DNA from: Craspedostauros australis
Lineage: Eukaryota
DNA: 61,670 nt
Reading direction: 5' to 3'
Assembly: GCA_030167865.1 (NCBI GenBank)
Contig: JALAGF010002221.1
Span: forward strand, 1-61,670
In this document: positions 11,267 through 22,940 of the stretch, in pieces
How the letters are laid out: each line of letters begins with the position of its first letter
How positions within the stretch are numbered: position 1 is the stretch's first letter
Made by a program: the position numbers and the translations under genes
The notes under the pieces: generated by a model
Told to the model about the DNA's origin: nothing
Database searches by the model: none
What the model saw: only the letters and a program-made list of their open reading frames with translations

Positions 11267-12295
11267 CTACGATTTCATTACGCCTGTTAATCGGGTATGC
11301 TCGGGTGTGTTGTAGGCCGCAAAGTGCTCCGGATCCGCATCGAAGAAGGTGATCGTCTCGCTGGTGTACTTGCCCGCCATGGCGTCGTCCAGATTCTCCC
11401 ACCACTCGAAGCCACCGCGCTCCATGATGCCCTTGAACCACGGCGACCACAGCAGATCGGGCTCTTGCAGCATCTCTTTCATTTCCGCGATCGTCAAGTA
11501 CTTGCACTCCGAGACTTCATCCGGATTGATCTGCATTGCGGGCTCCTCGATCTGCAAAAAGATGATGTAATCGACTTCGTGCTCGCCCCACGGCGCGGTG
11601 TCGCCGTACGTGATGGTGTCGGACGCCCAGTAATGGAACCGGTGGATGAACCGCATGTCCTCCATCGGCAGCTGATCGGCAGTGATGCCCAATTCCTGCT
11701 TCAATTTGCGCACGGCGGCATTGCGGATGCCCTTCATTTCTGGGTACGCCTGCGGCAGCACGTCGACCTCGTTTGGTGTCATGCCATGCAAGGGATGCGA
11801 GCAGCATGCGTTAGTCCACACGCCCGGGAAGGTGATCTTGCTGTCGGCGCGTTTGGTGAGGAGCATCTCGCCCTGCGGGTTGAAGAGGAAGAAGGAGAAG
11901 GCGCGGTGCAGGATGCCGCGCGGCGAATCGTTGCCGAACGTGTGCGCCTTCTTCTTGGAGCAGTCCACACCCTCGACCAGCATGTCATTCTCATCGACCA
12001 CGATCAGCATGTCCGTCTCCATCATGGCCTCCTGATCCATGTCCGCGCCGTAGGCTTGAGTTTCGCACAGTGCCGTCGGTGTTGGGCGTATCTGTTGTGG
12101 TGGACTGTTTGCGTTTGCGTTTGCGTTTGGTCTATGCCGTTGACCGATTCTGCCCGCGTTCTGCGGAATGGCTGGCTGGAATGCCTCGCAGGTGCCGACG
12201 CATGATGAAGCAACTGCGATTGCCAGAGCTATCATCACTGCCACCATTGCTGCCGTCGTCGTTGTTCTTGTCGAAATCATCAGCTTTGTTGGCAT
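11267..12295 (-). CDS. IDI: Isopentenyl-diphosphate delta-isomerase type 1, predicted plastid-targeted
   Basis: LHRAFSFFLF, KITFPGVWTNACCSHP, AAVRKLKQELGI, WGEHEVDY and WSPWF. Hydrophobic signal peptide ending CEA-F (ASAFAP-like). Alternative ATGs at 12280 and 12247. Confidence 0.93.
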   Translation of the reverse strand: MPTKLMISTRTTTTAAMVAVMIALAIAVASSCVGTCEAFQPAIPQNAGRIGQRHRPNANANANSPPQQIRPTPTALCETQAYGADMDQEAMMETDMLIVVDENDMLVEGVDCSKKKAHTFGNDSPRGILHRAFSFFLFNPQGEMLLTKRADSKITFPGVWTNACCSHPLHGMTPNEVDVLPQAYPEMKGIRNAAVRKLKQELGITADQLPMEDMRFIHRFHYWASDTITYGDTAPWGEHEVDYIIFLQIEEPAMQINPDEVSECKYLTIAEMKEMLQEPDLLWSPWFKGIMERGGFEWWENLDDAMAGKYTSETITFFDADPEHFAAYNTPEHTRLTGVMKS

Positions 12296-13150
12296 TCGCG
12301 CTGCTGAAACTGAAGTCAAGGAGCTCGTTTCGTTCAGATGCTGAGAGGAGTATTGATGGGATAGTTGCAGCGCATGCGGAGTGCGATATTTCGCTCGTTC
12401 CTCACTTGATGTCAGAAGTTGGCGATGAAGGTCTCGCTTGTCACCAGAGAATACAATGGTAGTTGGAAGTGCAGGACTCCTCCGCTTCTTTGATCGTATC
12501 GTATGTGAACGCAGATGCAACCGTTGTAAAGGAGACTCAATTGTGGTGTGCATGCAGCCATGAACCTTCTCTTGTGTGGTTGTGCGCAAGCAAGTTCGTG
12601 TCAAGAGGTGGAGGCCAGCGTCGGGGTTGGAGTTGGTGTTGATGTTGATGTCTCCTCGGTTGTTTTTGTGGTTGCAGTTGTAGTTGTTTTTCGCGTATCT
12701 TTTCATGACACCAAAACCGATCACGTTTGCGGATTCCCGTATCGCGTGTTTTCCAGAACCATGGCCAACGCGTGTCGCACACGCGTCCTTTTTGGTTGGT
12801 TTGCCCAACGCCGATTGCGCGACTCACTCTTGACTCAAGAAGAAGTCGCCGAGGTCGATGCAGTCGGATCGATTTGAAGTCGACTACATGGAATAGAGAT
12901 ATCAACAAGGATGACGCAGAATCATTTTTCGCGCGATAACTTCGCACACTACAGAACACACGCATCAACCACGTCCACTGAAAACGAGTGGAAATCAACC
13001 ACCAACACACCGACACATCATGGTGCCTTACCATGCAATCCGACCGAGTGCTTTGCTCGGCATGGACTACTTCCTCATTGCAAGCTCTCGCATTTGTACT
13101 CGCGACTGCAATCGCAAGCTCAATCGCATTCCAGCCAACGACAACCAGGT

Positions 13151-15184
13151 ATGCTCTGGGCTACGCGTGCGAGGAGCATCCATCCAAGGCATCGGGTGTC
13201 CGCGATCTCCGTCCTCCTTCTGCTACCTCGCGCCCTGACCACATCGGCCTTTCAACCAATTGTCGGCCATCGACAATCTTCTCTATTGAACCCCTTCATC
13301 AACCGCTACGGAAACTTCGAGACAATTCGGTCACCAGCGCGGTCGTTGACTTCGTCGCCGTCATTGTCATCATCGTCGTCTACACGTTGCTACGCTTCCA
13401 AACCGGCCGCCACAAAGAAAGCCGCGACGCCGCGGAAGCGAGCAGCCAAGAAACCGACACCGCCCACGTCACCAAAGCCTGCAAATATGGCCGCGGTGTT
13501 GGACGCCTTCGTCGCAACCTGCGATCCGGTAGATGAGAAGCATATGCCGTCGTGGATGATGGCAGAGCGAACGCGTCTCTTGACGTCGGACCACATCGAA
13601 CTGAACGACGATGGCAGCTGCGTCATCTACTGGATGCAGCGCGATGTTCGATCGGTGGATAATTGGGCATTGCTCTTTGCATCGCATGTCGCAGAAACGG
13701 CAAATGTGCCACTGCGTGTCATGTACGTGCTGCAGCCGACCAAGCCGGTACCGGAAGTTGGGAATCAGAACAGAAGCGATGATGATGATGATGACGGCGA
13801 GGGCATTCCTGATCTCCTTGACATGGGCATCACGGAACGTCACGGCAAGTTCCTGCTGGGTGGGTTGGAGCTCGTGCACAAGGAACTCCAAGCGAAACAG
13901 ATCCCACTCGACATTATTCTGCCACCATCGCATGAAGAGGTGGGAAAGACGGTCATGGACGACGTCGTCGCCAAATATGAACCACAGGTCGTCATCAGCG
14001 ACTTTTCTCCATTGCGGCACTTTCGTCAGTGGATGGAATGTCAGACAACACCATTGTTGGAGGAGCAGAATATCCCCCTTTGGCAAGTGGATGCGCACAA
14101 CGTCGTTCCCGTATGGCATGCCGCGGACAAGCGCCAGGTCGGAGCACGGACGCTGCGACCGAAGATCAACAAGGTGCTGGACACGTATCTGCAGAAATTT
14201 CCGAAACTGAAGGGCAACGCACACGTGAATGAAGCGGATCTACCTGCCATGACAACATTCGATCTTGACGCCTACACAGAATACCTGAAGATGGATGCTT
14301 CCGTGCCGACCGTTGCATGGCAAAAGCCAGGCACGGATGCTGCCAAGAAGCAGTACGCGTTCTTCATTCAAACCGGCCTTCCCAAGTACGACAGCCTGCG
14401 TAACGATCCCAACCAGAAGCACATCTGCTCCAACCTATCACCATGGCTCAACCATGGCCACGTCTCCTTCCACAGGCTGGCCTTGGCCACCAAGAAACTG
14501 AACAAGCACAAAGAAGGCAGCGCCTCGTTCATCGAGGAGGGGCTCATCCGTCGTGAACTGTCCGACAACTTTCTCTACTACTCCCCACACGACTACGACG
14601 ACCTGGAAACGGCTGCTGGATGGGCGTTTGAGACGCTCGAAGTGCACAGCGCGGATGCCAGGGAGCACGTGTACTCGTTGCGAGATCTGGAGCAAGGCAA
14701 GACTCACGATGACTTGTGGAACGCCGCGCAACTGCAGGTCGTGCGCGAAGGGCAGATGCATGGATTCTTGCGCATGTACTGGGCCAAGAAGATCTTGGAG
14801 TGGACGGAATCGCCGCTGGTGGCACTCAAGACGGCGCAGTATTTCAATGACAAGTACGCCTTGGACGGTCGCGATCCCAACGGTTTCATCGGCGTTGGTT
14901 GGAGCATCATGGGCTTGCACGACCAAGGATGGAAGGAACGTGAGGTCTTCGGCAAGATCCGGTACATGAATTATGCAGGATGCAAACGCAAATTCAACGT
15001 GGCGAGTTTCGTCGACCAGTACGACGGTGCGGCCCAGAATGCTGCAGTTGTTTTGAGTGCGAAGCAGCAGGCGACGCCGTCCACAAGACCGAAACTGAAA
15101 TCGAAACCGAAAGCAAAAGCAAAAAGGAAACCAGCAACAACAAGCGCTGCAACCGCACCGAAGAGACAAAGGAAGAAGGCATAA
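13151..15184 (+). CDS. PHR: Class II CPD DNA photolyase
   Basis: VIYWMQRDVRSVDNWAL, QVDAHNVVPVW, GARTLRPKI, SNLSPWLNHG, RRELSDNF, MHGFLRMYWAKKILEW, DGRDPNGF and IRYMNYAGCKRKF. Start at 13151 inferred from the presequence. Confidence 0.95.
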   Translation: MLWATRARSIHPRHRVSAISVLLLLPRALTTSAFQPIVGHRQSSLLNPFINRYGNFETIRSPARSLTSSPSLSSSSSTRCYASKPAATKKAATPRKRAAKKPTPPTSPKPANMAAVLDAFVATCDPVDEKHMPSWMMAERTRLLTSDHIELNDDGSCVIYWMQRDVRSVDNWALLFASHVAETANVPLRVMYVLQPTKPVPEVGNQNRSDDDDDDGEGIPDLLDMGITERHGKFLLGGLELVHKELQAKQIPLDIILPPSHEEVGKTVMDDVVAKYEPQVVISDFSPLRHFRQWMECQTTPLLEEQNIPLWQVDAHNVVPVWHAADKRQVGARTLRPKINKVLDTYLQKFPKLKGNAHVNEADLPAMTTFDLDAYTEYLKMDASVPTVAWQKPGTDAAKKQYAFFIQTGLPKYDSLRNDPNQKHICSNLSPWLNHGHVSFHRLALATKKLNKHKEGSASFIEEGLIRRELSDNFLYYSPHDYDDLETAAGWAFETLEVHSADAREHVYSLRDLEQGKTHDDLWNAAQLQVVREGQMHGFLRMYWAKKILEWTESPLVALKTAQYFNDKYALDGRDPNGFIGVGWSIMGLHDQGWKEREVFGKIRYMNYAGCKRKFNVASFVDQYDGAAQNAAVVLSAKQQATPSTRPKLKSKPKAKAKRKPATTSAATAPKRQRKKA

Positions 15185-15652
15185 AGTGTTGGAAGAGTCT
15201 TGTGGGAGAGGGAATGTAGATACAGTTGGCTGTCCAGTCTACCCCGCTCTCTTCTTCAGGAATAGGGAAAGTCCATCGATACTTGATTCTAGTCTCTAGA
15301 TAGACGTAGGAGACTATTATGCGTTGTATTCGAACAAAGGACGACTCAATACGGACGATTAGTGTTCGACAATGTTCATTTTCGTTCTCGCGCATCATCA
15401 CCATTCATTTTGGCGCAGCCGTTTCTTCTCACAATTCACTGACATTTGACAACGACAACAGAATTGAAACCTTGCCACACACGACACTCCAGCAACCTCC
15501 GACAACCTCCAATACACAAGAGACAAAACAAGTGTGGACTCCATCACAAGCTCCCGATAATTGCACTCACATTTCTCCACTCCAAGCCAGGCCAAGCCAG
15601 CTCTAATTTCTCTAATCAACTCAACTCATCCATTAAAAGTCAACATCCCATC

Positions 15653-16513
15653 ATGTTTCGAAAGCCAAAGAGAGCACCAAAGTCGGGACTGCGACGCAAG
15701 AAGGCATCGCAAGAGGATTCGGAGGATGCCACGACCAAAGCGGATGACGAAGCGTTGACGGAAGAGCTGCGTGAGGCGCGCAAGAAGGCCAAGCTTTCGC
15801 ATTCCGGCAAGACGTATGGAGAATCCGCCGCATCGTCGGCATCGAGCGGCGGCAAGCCGATGTTGCACCAATTCGATGCCAAATCCGGCGGTCCGTCGGC
15901 TTCCGATCTCGTGACGAGCACGACGCAGGTGCATCCAACCGCGGCAAAGAAATACGAGAACAAATCCCTGGCGGGGCCGTTGCGAGCGCCGACCAACATC
16001 CGAACGACGTGCCGGTTCGATTACCAGCCGGACATTTGCAAGGATTACAAGGAGACGGGGTTCTGCGGTTTCGGAGACACCTGCATCTACTTGCACGACA
16101 GAGGGGACACGTTGAGCGGGTGGCAGCTGGAGCAGAAATGGCAGGAAGAGCAGAGGAAGAAGAAGGAGGAACAAGAGAAGCAGATGCAGAGCTTTTTGGA
16201 TGGCAAGTCTGGCGGCAGCAAGGAAGCGCTGAAGACGGACGACGATGGATTGCCGTTCGCCTGCTTCCTTTGTCGCAGCTTCTTCACCGATCCCGTGGTG
16301 ACGACGTGCGGGCATTACTTCTGCGAGAAGTGCGTGATGAACCATGTCAAGACTGCCGATTCCAAATGCCCCGTCTGCTCCAAGGAGACGCACTCCGTCT
16401 TCAACGAGGCAAAGAAGCTCATCTCCAAGAAACGCAAGGTCGTCGGTTCCAGGGCAAGCTGGGAAGATTTCTACAACAAGCTCACCAAAGGCAAAGAGGA
16501 AGATGATCAGTGA
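15653..16513 (+). CDS. CWC24: Splicing factor CWC24/RNF113A (CCCH zinc finger + RING)
   Basis: GPLRAPTNIRTTCRFDYQPDICKDYKETGFCGFGDTCIYLHDRGD, followed by the RING CFLC...CGHYFCEKC...CPVC. Confidence 0.95.
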   Translation: MFRKPKRAPKSGLRRKKASQEDSEDATTKADDEALTEELREARKKAKLSHSGKTYGESAASSASSGGKPMLHQFDAKSGGPSASDLVTSTTQVHPTAAKKYENKSLAGPLRAPTNIRTTCRFDYQPDICKDYKETGFCGFGDTCIYLHDRGDTLSGWQLEQKWQEEQRKKKEEQEKQMQSFLDGKSGGSKEALKTDDDGLPFACFLCRSFFTDPVVTTCGHYFCEKCVMNHVKTADSKCPVCSKETHSVFNEAKKLISKKRKVVGSRASWEDFYNKLTKGKEEDDQ

Positions 16514-17064
16514 TGACAACAGCAGCAGCAGCAATAGCAACAACAACAATGCGTAATGTAGAGGAGAGTACCCTACTCTAAAATGAATGATAGCCAAAAT
16601 CCTCTTCTCGCAAAAACTGAAGCTGTACATCTGATCTGAGCAGAGTATATGAATATGGTTCACCCGCTTGCTTCACCCGTTGAATTACCTCTAGCATTGC
16701 CGAGATGACTCTGGAGTGTGTACTTATGGTATCGCAGAGTTTGGAAGTAGAGATTGGCAGAGTGGTTGGAAGCCAGGGCTACGCCACTTGGCATGGACTC
16801 TTTCCAGTTTGGGATATTGACTACGGCCGACGTACAGACATGGGCACCCTCGTCAACAACAACACACCAACAAAACGAAACAACATTGATTTGGGTGCAC
16901 CAAGAGAGGCACCACAAAAACAACACAGACACATCATCAACCAACAGCCATCAAGGAGGAAGAGGAAGAGCAAAGGCAACCTCGAGGGCATCTCGAGATC
17001 GAAAAGAATACACTACATTACTCTTTAGAACTGTCACAAGGGCAATACCACTCCAAATAGCACA

Positions 17065-17481
17065 ATGGCAACGCGAGGTTTCTTCCAGCTTAAAAAGCTG
17101 ACTCTATCGTACTGCGAGAAGGGCGGATCGTCGAAGGCCGTGCGCGAGTTCCTGGCCTCCGGCAAGCTGCAGGACTGGGCGCAGGAGCGACCGCACGTGG
17201 ACATCCACGTCAAGGTGAAAAATGGCAAGCATCCCAACGTGGTGGGCGATTACTTGACGACGCAGAAGGGCACGATACATCAGATCTGCCTCAAGTCCAA
17301 CAAGGTCCGCTCGCCCGATGTCATCGGCGCCCTCGACAAGCTGTACAATCGCAGCGGACGCAAGATCAAGAAGCTCACGTCGCCGGTCGTGACGCAGACG
17401 CCCAGCGTACAGGGCGTTTGGACGCCGGCGGTGGACTTGCATCTGCAGCAGGACTTCGCCGTCTCCATCCGGGATGCATGA
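17065..17481 (+). CDS. MRPL43: Mitochondrial ribosomal protein L43 (L51/S25/CI-B8 domain)
   Basis: LKKLTLSYCEKGGSSKAVREF, GKHP, NRSGRK and TPSVQGVW. Confidence 0.88.
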   Translation: MATRGFFQLKKLTLSYCEKGGSSKAVREFLASGKLQDWAQERPHVDIHVKVKNGKHPNVVGDYLTTQKGTIHQICLKSNKVRSPDVIGALDKLYNRSGRKIKKLTSPVVTQTPSVQGVWTPAVDLHLQQDFAVSIRDA

Positions 17482-18678
17482 TTGCTCGCACATGTGTTGA
17501 ATGGAGCATGATACAGTGCGGGTGGTGGAGGGTGGTTGAGGGTGGAGGATGATGATGATGACGACACAATAGAACGAAGGAGTAGCATACTGAAATACCA
17601 GTGGGTAGAAGGCTAGATGAGACGAACCGAAACAAAGGAATGATCATGTGAGAACGCTGGCAGTGAACGAGACAGGACGCGCCGTGTGTGAAGACATTGC
17701 ACGGCACGATACATACACTCATGCATCAGAGTACTCGTATTGAGATTGCTGACCAGATGAAAGTTGGAAAGAATACCGTATCTGATCAGAAGAGGCCTAC
17801 AGAACTTCATAGATCGTGCGAGTGTGGCCACTTCATGGACCAGCGCTGCCAAAAGGACGCGATTTGCCAAACAGAGGAACTAAATCGCGATACACAACCA
17901 ACGATTAGTACATACCAACAAGCTTCATCTAATGTATCGTCGGCAACGAGTACTGCGATGTATAATGCCATATTAGTCCAATGAGATTTCAAACGTCGAC
18001 AGACCGTGGTGTTGCTGTTATTGTTTTTGCTGCTCTGCAGTAGTAGTTGCTTCTTGTTGATGCGCATGTAATACACGTTGCGATGTTCTGTAGACAACAA
18101 ACATATCTATCTTAATCTTGGTAGCCTTCTCTTGTAGTCTTGATTGACCATGACTCAGACGGCTTCCTTGTTCACGGTTTCCTCTTCGGCATTTCGCTTG
18201 TGCGCCGTTGAATCTTGGCGGCAATCGGTTTCTTCGCCACTCACTTCAACCCTCTCCACATCAGCAGGGGGCGTTTCAGCTCACGCGAGGTGAATCTGGC
18301 GAACGCCCACCGTCGGCCAAAACAAAAACATGAATGACCAACAGAGCTCAGGCATTCACCTGCATTCGCATTGAATTCGTTTTGGTCTCTCTTCTCTGGA
18401 TTGGCGTATCCGGAGAGCAGTGTTGCTGCCGTCCACTTCCTTTGCGCCTTCATGGTTGGAGAGGGATAGCCCGAACCATACTCTATTACAGCACAATACT
18501 CCTATGGCCTCGTCCAGCCTCGTCCAGCCTTTCACACAACAAACCAAAACTGCAGCCCTGATCGCACAAAGCCAACGAAAGCGGAGCGATCACCACATCC
18601 TCAGCAGAGCCATACTCGCACCTTGAGCAGCGCCACAACACCCAAAGCGCAGCACAGCACGCCAGCACTCGAAACACA

Positions 18679-20166
18679 ATGAAGACGAATGGAACGACTC
18701 CCAACGGCGGTTCCTGCAACAACCGCAAGCCGAAGTCGGCATCGGTGATGTACTCCGAGGTGACGAAGCAGGTGTGGATTGGAGGACCTGAGACGTCGCT
18801 GCCGCGCTTCGTGGAGTCCTTCCTGGCATGGTCACTCGCCATCTCGCTCCTCTCGGTGTCTGGCTATCACTTCGTTCGTCAGACGATATTGGTGCCGTTC
18901 ATGACCATGGCGTCGCAATTCTGCTCTTCATTATTGGCTTCAGCAGCAGCAGTAGCAACATCAACTGCAGCAGCTGCTACGATGACGCCAAAAAGCAAAT
19001 CAACATCGCCGTCGTTGCCTTGCTGGCTACCGCTGACAACCGCAAGCCGGAACGAGATCAACTCCAAATCCTGCGAAGAACGATACGAACAGCTGACCGC
19101 CATGCTGGGCAAACAAGCGTTGCAGAACGACGCCGATCTCGTCTCGGCAATCAGATCGTCGTCCGCGTTGCGTCGATTAGCCACGCTCGCCATGCACCCG
19201 AGCGGCGCGTGCGCCACCAAGCCACTCGGCGCGCGGTTGATCCGCAATTGGCATCGCCTTCTGCAGCTGCCCGACGACGACGCGACGTCGTACGCCTACG
19301 ATATCTCCGTCATCCTGCCGGCCTACAAAGAGGATGGCCGTCAGATCGTGGAAAAGATCCAGCGGCTCTACGAGCGATGCACGAAACCGCAGCGCGTGCA
19401 GCTCATCTTCGTCATCGCCGGTGCCTGCCACAATTTGGATCAGCTGCATGGGTTGCGCGATGCGTGTCCGCATTGGGGCGATGTGCGCATCACGATGCAC
19501 GAAGATGGTGGCGGACGCGGACCGTGCTTGAATTTCGGCGCCAAGCAGGGCACGGGGAGGGTGCTGGCCTTTTGTCATTCCGACACGGTCCTGCCAGACC
19601 GGTGGGACGATGCGCTGATGCGCGGCATACGTGCATCACCTGAGGACGTACCGAACTCGTGCGCTTACGGATTCGGAATCGACACGTCGCAGGTTGGGTT
19701 GAACGGAGGCATCTACCCGCCGGGCATCAAGGCCGTGGAAGTGACGGCCAACATCCGCACGCATTTGTATTCGTTGCCGTACGGTGATCAATGCCTGTCG
19801 GTGCCGTCGCACGTATTTCACTACGTGGGCGGTTTCCCGGATCAGTGCCTGATGGAGGACTACGAGCTCATCAGTTTGCTGCGACGTCGAGTCGCGCTGC
19901 TCGGGAAGTTCGGGCTGCCGAAGGAACGCCTCGTGATCCTGGATGGGCCGTCGGCATTGTGCAGTCCACGCAGATGGCAGAAGTTCGGCGTGCTGTTCGT
20001 GACATGGACCAACTCCAAGTGCGTCAATCTGTACACGGGAGGCATGACGCCGGACGATCTCTTCCGCGTGTACTACGGCAGGTCGCCACCGCAACGGAAG
20101 CAACCGAAGATGGAGTGGGAGATGGAAGTGGAGAAGGCTTTGGCGCAATCGAACGGCACTCAATGA
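18679..20166 (+). CDS. Glycosyltransferase family 2, TIGR04283-like, with N-terminal membrane segment (paralogue 1)
   Basis: ISVILPAYKE, GRGPCLNFGA, FCHSDTVLP, LPYGDQCL, GGFPDQCLMEDYEL and CSPRRWQKFG. Confidence 0.82.
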   Translation: MKTNGTTPNGGSCNNRKPKSASVMYSEVTKQVWIGGPETSLPRFVESFLAWSLAISLLSVSGYHFVRQTILVPFMTMASQFCSSLLASAAAVATSTAAAATMTPKSKSTSPSLPCWLPLTTASRNEINSKSCEERYEQLTAMLGKQALQNDADLVSAIRSSSALRRLATLAMHPSGACATKPLGARLIRNWHRLLQLPDDDATSYAYDISVILPAYKEDGRQIVEKIQRLYERCTKPQRVQLIFVIAGACHNLDQLHGLRDACPHWGDVRITMHEDGGGRGPCLNFGAKQGTGRVLAFCHSDTVLPDRWDDALMRGIRASPEDVPNSCAYGFGIDTSQVGLNGGIYPPGIKAVEVTANIRTHLYSLPYGDQCLSVPSHVFHYVGGFPDQCLMEDYELISLLRRRVALLGKFGLPKERLVILDGPSALCSPRRWQKFGVLFVTWTNSKCVNLYTGGMTPDDLFRVYYGRSPPQRKQPKMEWEMEVEKALAQSNGTQ

Positions 20167-21079
20167 CATAATCTTGTCCTAATCGGCTGCTGCTATACTT
20201 TCTGCAAGTGCTCTGTGTGACTCGTCGAGTGTTGGCATGCATCCCATTGATGATGTTGCCGTCAAAGCTGGTGAAGGTGATGACGATGGAGCGTTTGGTG
20301 CGGTTGGATGCACTGCTGCACTCGATTCATACTCTACAGTGCTAAAGTAGAGCCAAATACAATTCGTGTCTCGTCAATTTTTCCGTTATTTGAAACCGTT
20401 CGCACGAACGGATGGCAGGGACGACACTCGAACGACGAGAAGTAAACAACATTTTCAACGCAAGGACAAGAAGATCACAACACACACACACACACAAAGA
20501 CGCGAAGACAACTTGACAGAAAAGAACAAAGAGAAAGGAGGAAAGACTAACATCGACATCGACGGCGACGTGGACGTGGATGTGCACGAACACAACCAAA
20601 CACACAGTGAAACGCACAACCAAACACAACCATCACGTCCACGGTGGGACCACTTTCGCAACGAGAAACATCACCAACCGCAAGCCCAACACTGCACAGC
20701 CTCATCTTGACACCCAAAGACGAGTGCCAACAGGTCTGCATTGATTGAGAGAGCGAAGGAACTCTCAGCTGCAATTACAGTTGTGGGTGTCGCTGCCGTC
20801 CTCTTCATCAATCCACTCAAGTCACGCGACCATCTGCACAGAATCCTGTGAACTGCAGTGAACGATTCAGAGCATATCCCCCTCCTGTGACAGCTACATA
20901 CGACCTACTCCAGGACACCGAGGGTGACTCCATTTCCAGCAATCGCAACATCAGCGGAGACATCAGCTAACAACGATACGAGCAAGAAGCAGAAGCAAGA
21001 GGCAGAAGCAAGAAGCAGAAGAACGAACGAACAAACAGGCAAGCACGGAAAGAATAGTGCAGAATCGTGGAGGAGCAAC

Positions 21080-22450
21080 ATGTCATTCCAGGATATCGGA
21101 CGCAACAACCGTCGTCAACCGACGACCGCAGGATTGCAGAGCGGTGGCAACACATCGCGCACTCGATCTGCGTGGTCTGGATTGTCCACCTCCATGAATT
21201 CATCGGCTGGAGATTCCTTGGGTCAGATAAGCGAGTCGCTCACTCAGTACCAGGTGAGTCATTGCTCCGCAGAACTTCGTGGATGATGCGCTGGGGATCT
21301 GCGCCGAGCCGCAATCATCCACGGTATGAGCACAGTCAACGCTCGTAGCGTCACCACGAATGAGCCGGAGCATTGGATAGTTTGCGTACTCTACCGATTC
21401 GGCAGACTGAACTGATGGCTGACACCTTGGACCAACTCCATCTTGGAACGTCGACGCTCTTGTCTCTAACGTTGCATCACCTCATTGGCTCTCTGATTCG
21501 ACCTCTGTTCTCTGTCCCTTGTGAAACTCGAAACGAATGAAACGCCTGTTCTCGTGCACATTCGATGTCATGATATGCCTTGTTGTTCAGCGAAACGTGG
21601 GAATACTGGAGAAGATCGCACAGCAACTCGTCAGCTCGGCCACCAACCGCAACCGAGCTGGCGAGGCCGACGAGCTCGATCAGCAGTACAAGGTCCAGCT
21701 AGACGTGCTGCGCCAGCTAGAGCAGCGGGTCAAAACGCAACTGCAATCCCAGCGAAAGGCCTCTGGGTTGAATGAGGGACGCAAGCAGACGCTCACCAAG
21801 CTGGAGCGTGATTTTGAACGCGTTCAATCAGCAGCCGAGGCCTGCCGCGCCAGAGTCACGCGTCAGCAAAAGCAGCTGCAGCAACGAGGGGGCGCGGCTT
21901 CTGCCAATGGCTCTCAATCGAATTCGGCCAACGCGTTGCAACAGGAAGAGGCCAGATTTCAGGAGCAGATGATGCAAGATGTACGTGCTCGTTTCAATGT
22001 GTGAGGTGGCGTTGTGTCGCCTTGATATGTGTATGTGTTCCGCATATGGGAGACACGTGAGATTGACCAAGATTTCGTGCGCATGTTGCGTGTACTCCGT
22101 TCCACCTATTCTGTGTCACTCTATCTCACTCTCACATCACCATGTGTTTGTTTTCCATCATCAATTGGCACATTCTCGCGGATACGACATTGCTTTGCTT
22201 TCGTTTTGCGCAGCGCATGCAAGAGGAGATCATGCGTGAAAGGGAGGATGAGATTCGCAAAATCAACCAGGGCATGCACACGGTCAATCAGATCTACAAG
22301 GATCTTGCCACCATCGTGGGTAACCAGCAGGAGCAGGTCGACCAAATAGAAACGCAGATGGATGATGCGAAGGACAATGCCAACAAGGGTTTGGAACAGG
22401 TGCAGAAGGCCAATGAAAAGTACGATCAATCGAACTGCGTCATCTCATGA
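21080..22450 (+). CDS. Syntaxin-like Qa-SNARE (STX7/12/SYP2-like), 3 exons (21080-21253, 21591-21980, 22214-22450), ~266 aa, no TM helix, ends in CVIS
   Basis: MSFQD start typical of SYP2-type syntaxins. Habc helices (KLERDFERV) and SNARE motif REREDEIRKINQGMHTVNQIYKDLATIVGNQQEQVDQIE. Canonical GT-AG phase-0 introns. Confidence 0.88.
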
Positions 22451-22940
22451 GCATCCCAGTCCTTGAGCATTCCCTTCCGCGCACCAACGTGCAGGTCAAT
22501 CACTTGAGATGACATAATGCGAAGATTGGAAAGCGCAGCGCATGACGGCAACTCCAGTGGCAGCAGCAGCAGTGATGAAATAATGGGCTCGCATAACCCC
22601 CACAAATGCAGGTGTGGGAATGTGAGACTGAACTTGAGCATGCTGACTTCCACTCCAACACGACACCACCCAACCGAATGGTATCACCAACTCAAGCAAA
22701 TACAAACTACAACCAATAACAGCAGAGACAAAGATCGTCCAAATAGAGCAAACGATTTCTCTCAGACCATGCTTCAACCAAACACACAATTGCGAAGGGT
22801 GAAGTAGAGTTGCAACATACCAGAGTATGTGCGACTATCCGTTACGAAGATTGCCTTCTCCCTACCACTGATCGGCTCCCTCTTCAGTATATGTGTGCGT
22901 CTCGTACTAATATGAATGGTACAAATGTGTGAATATTATG

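Noticed and set aside
11297-12205. Long antisense/overlapping ORFs (e.g. 11297-12205, 15626-16663, 27294-28313, 41777-42907)
   Set aside because: Shadow ORFs caused by GC3-rich codon usage on the true coding strand, with no recognisable motifs.
11267-12295. IDI-squalene synthase fusion known from diatoms
   Set aside because: The ORF stops right after the IDI domain and has a plastid presequence, so it is the stand-alone form.
12296-13150. N-terminal ORF extensions of IDI (to 12808) and photolyase (from 12911)
   Set aside because: Low-complexity, UTR-like translations upstream of clear presequences. Treated as the divergent promoter/UTR.
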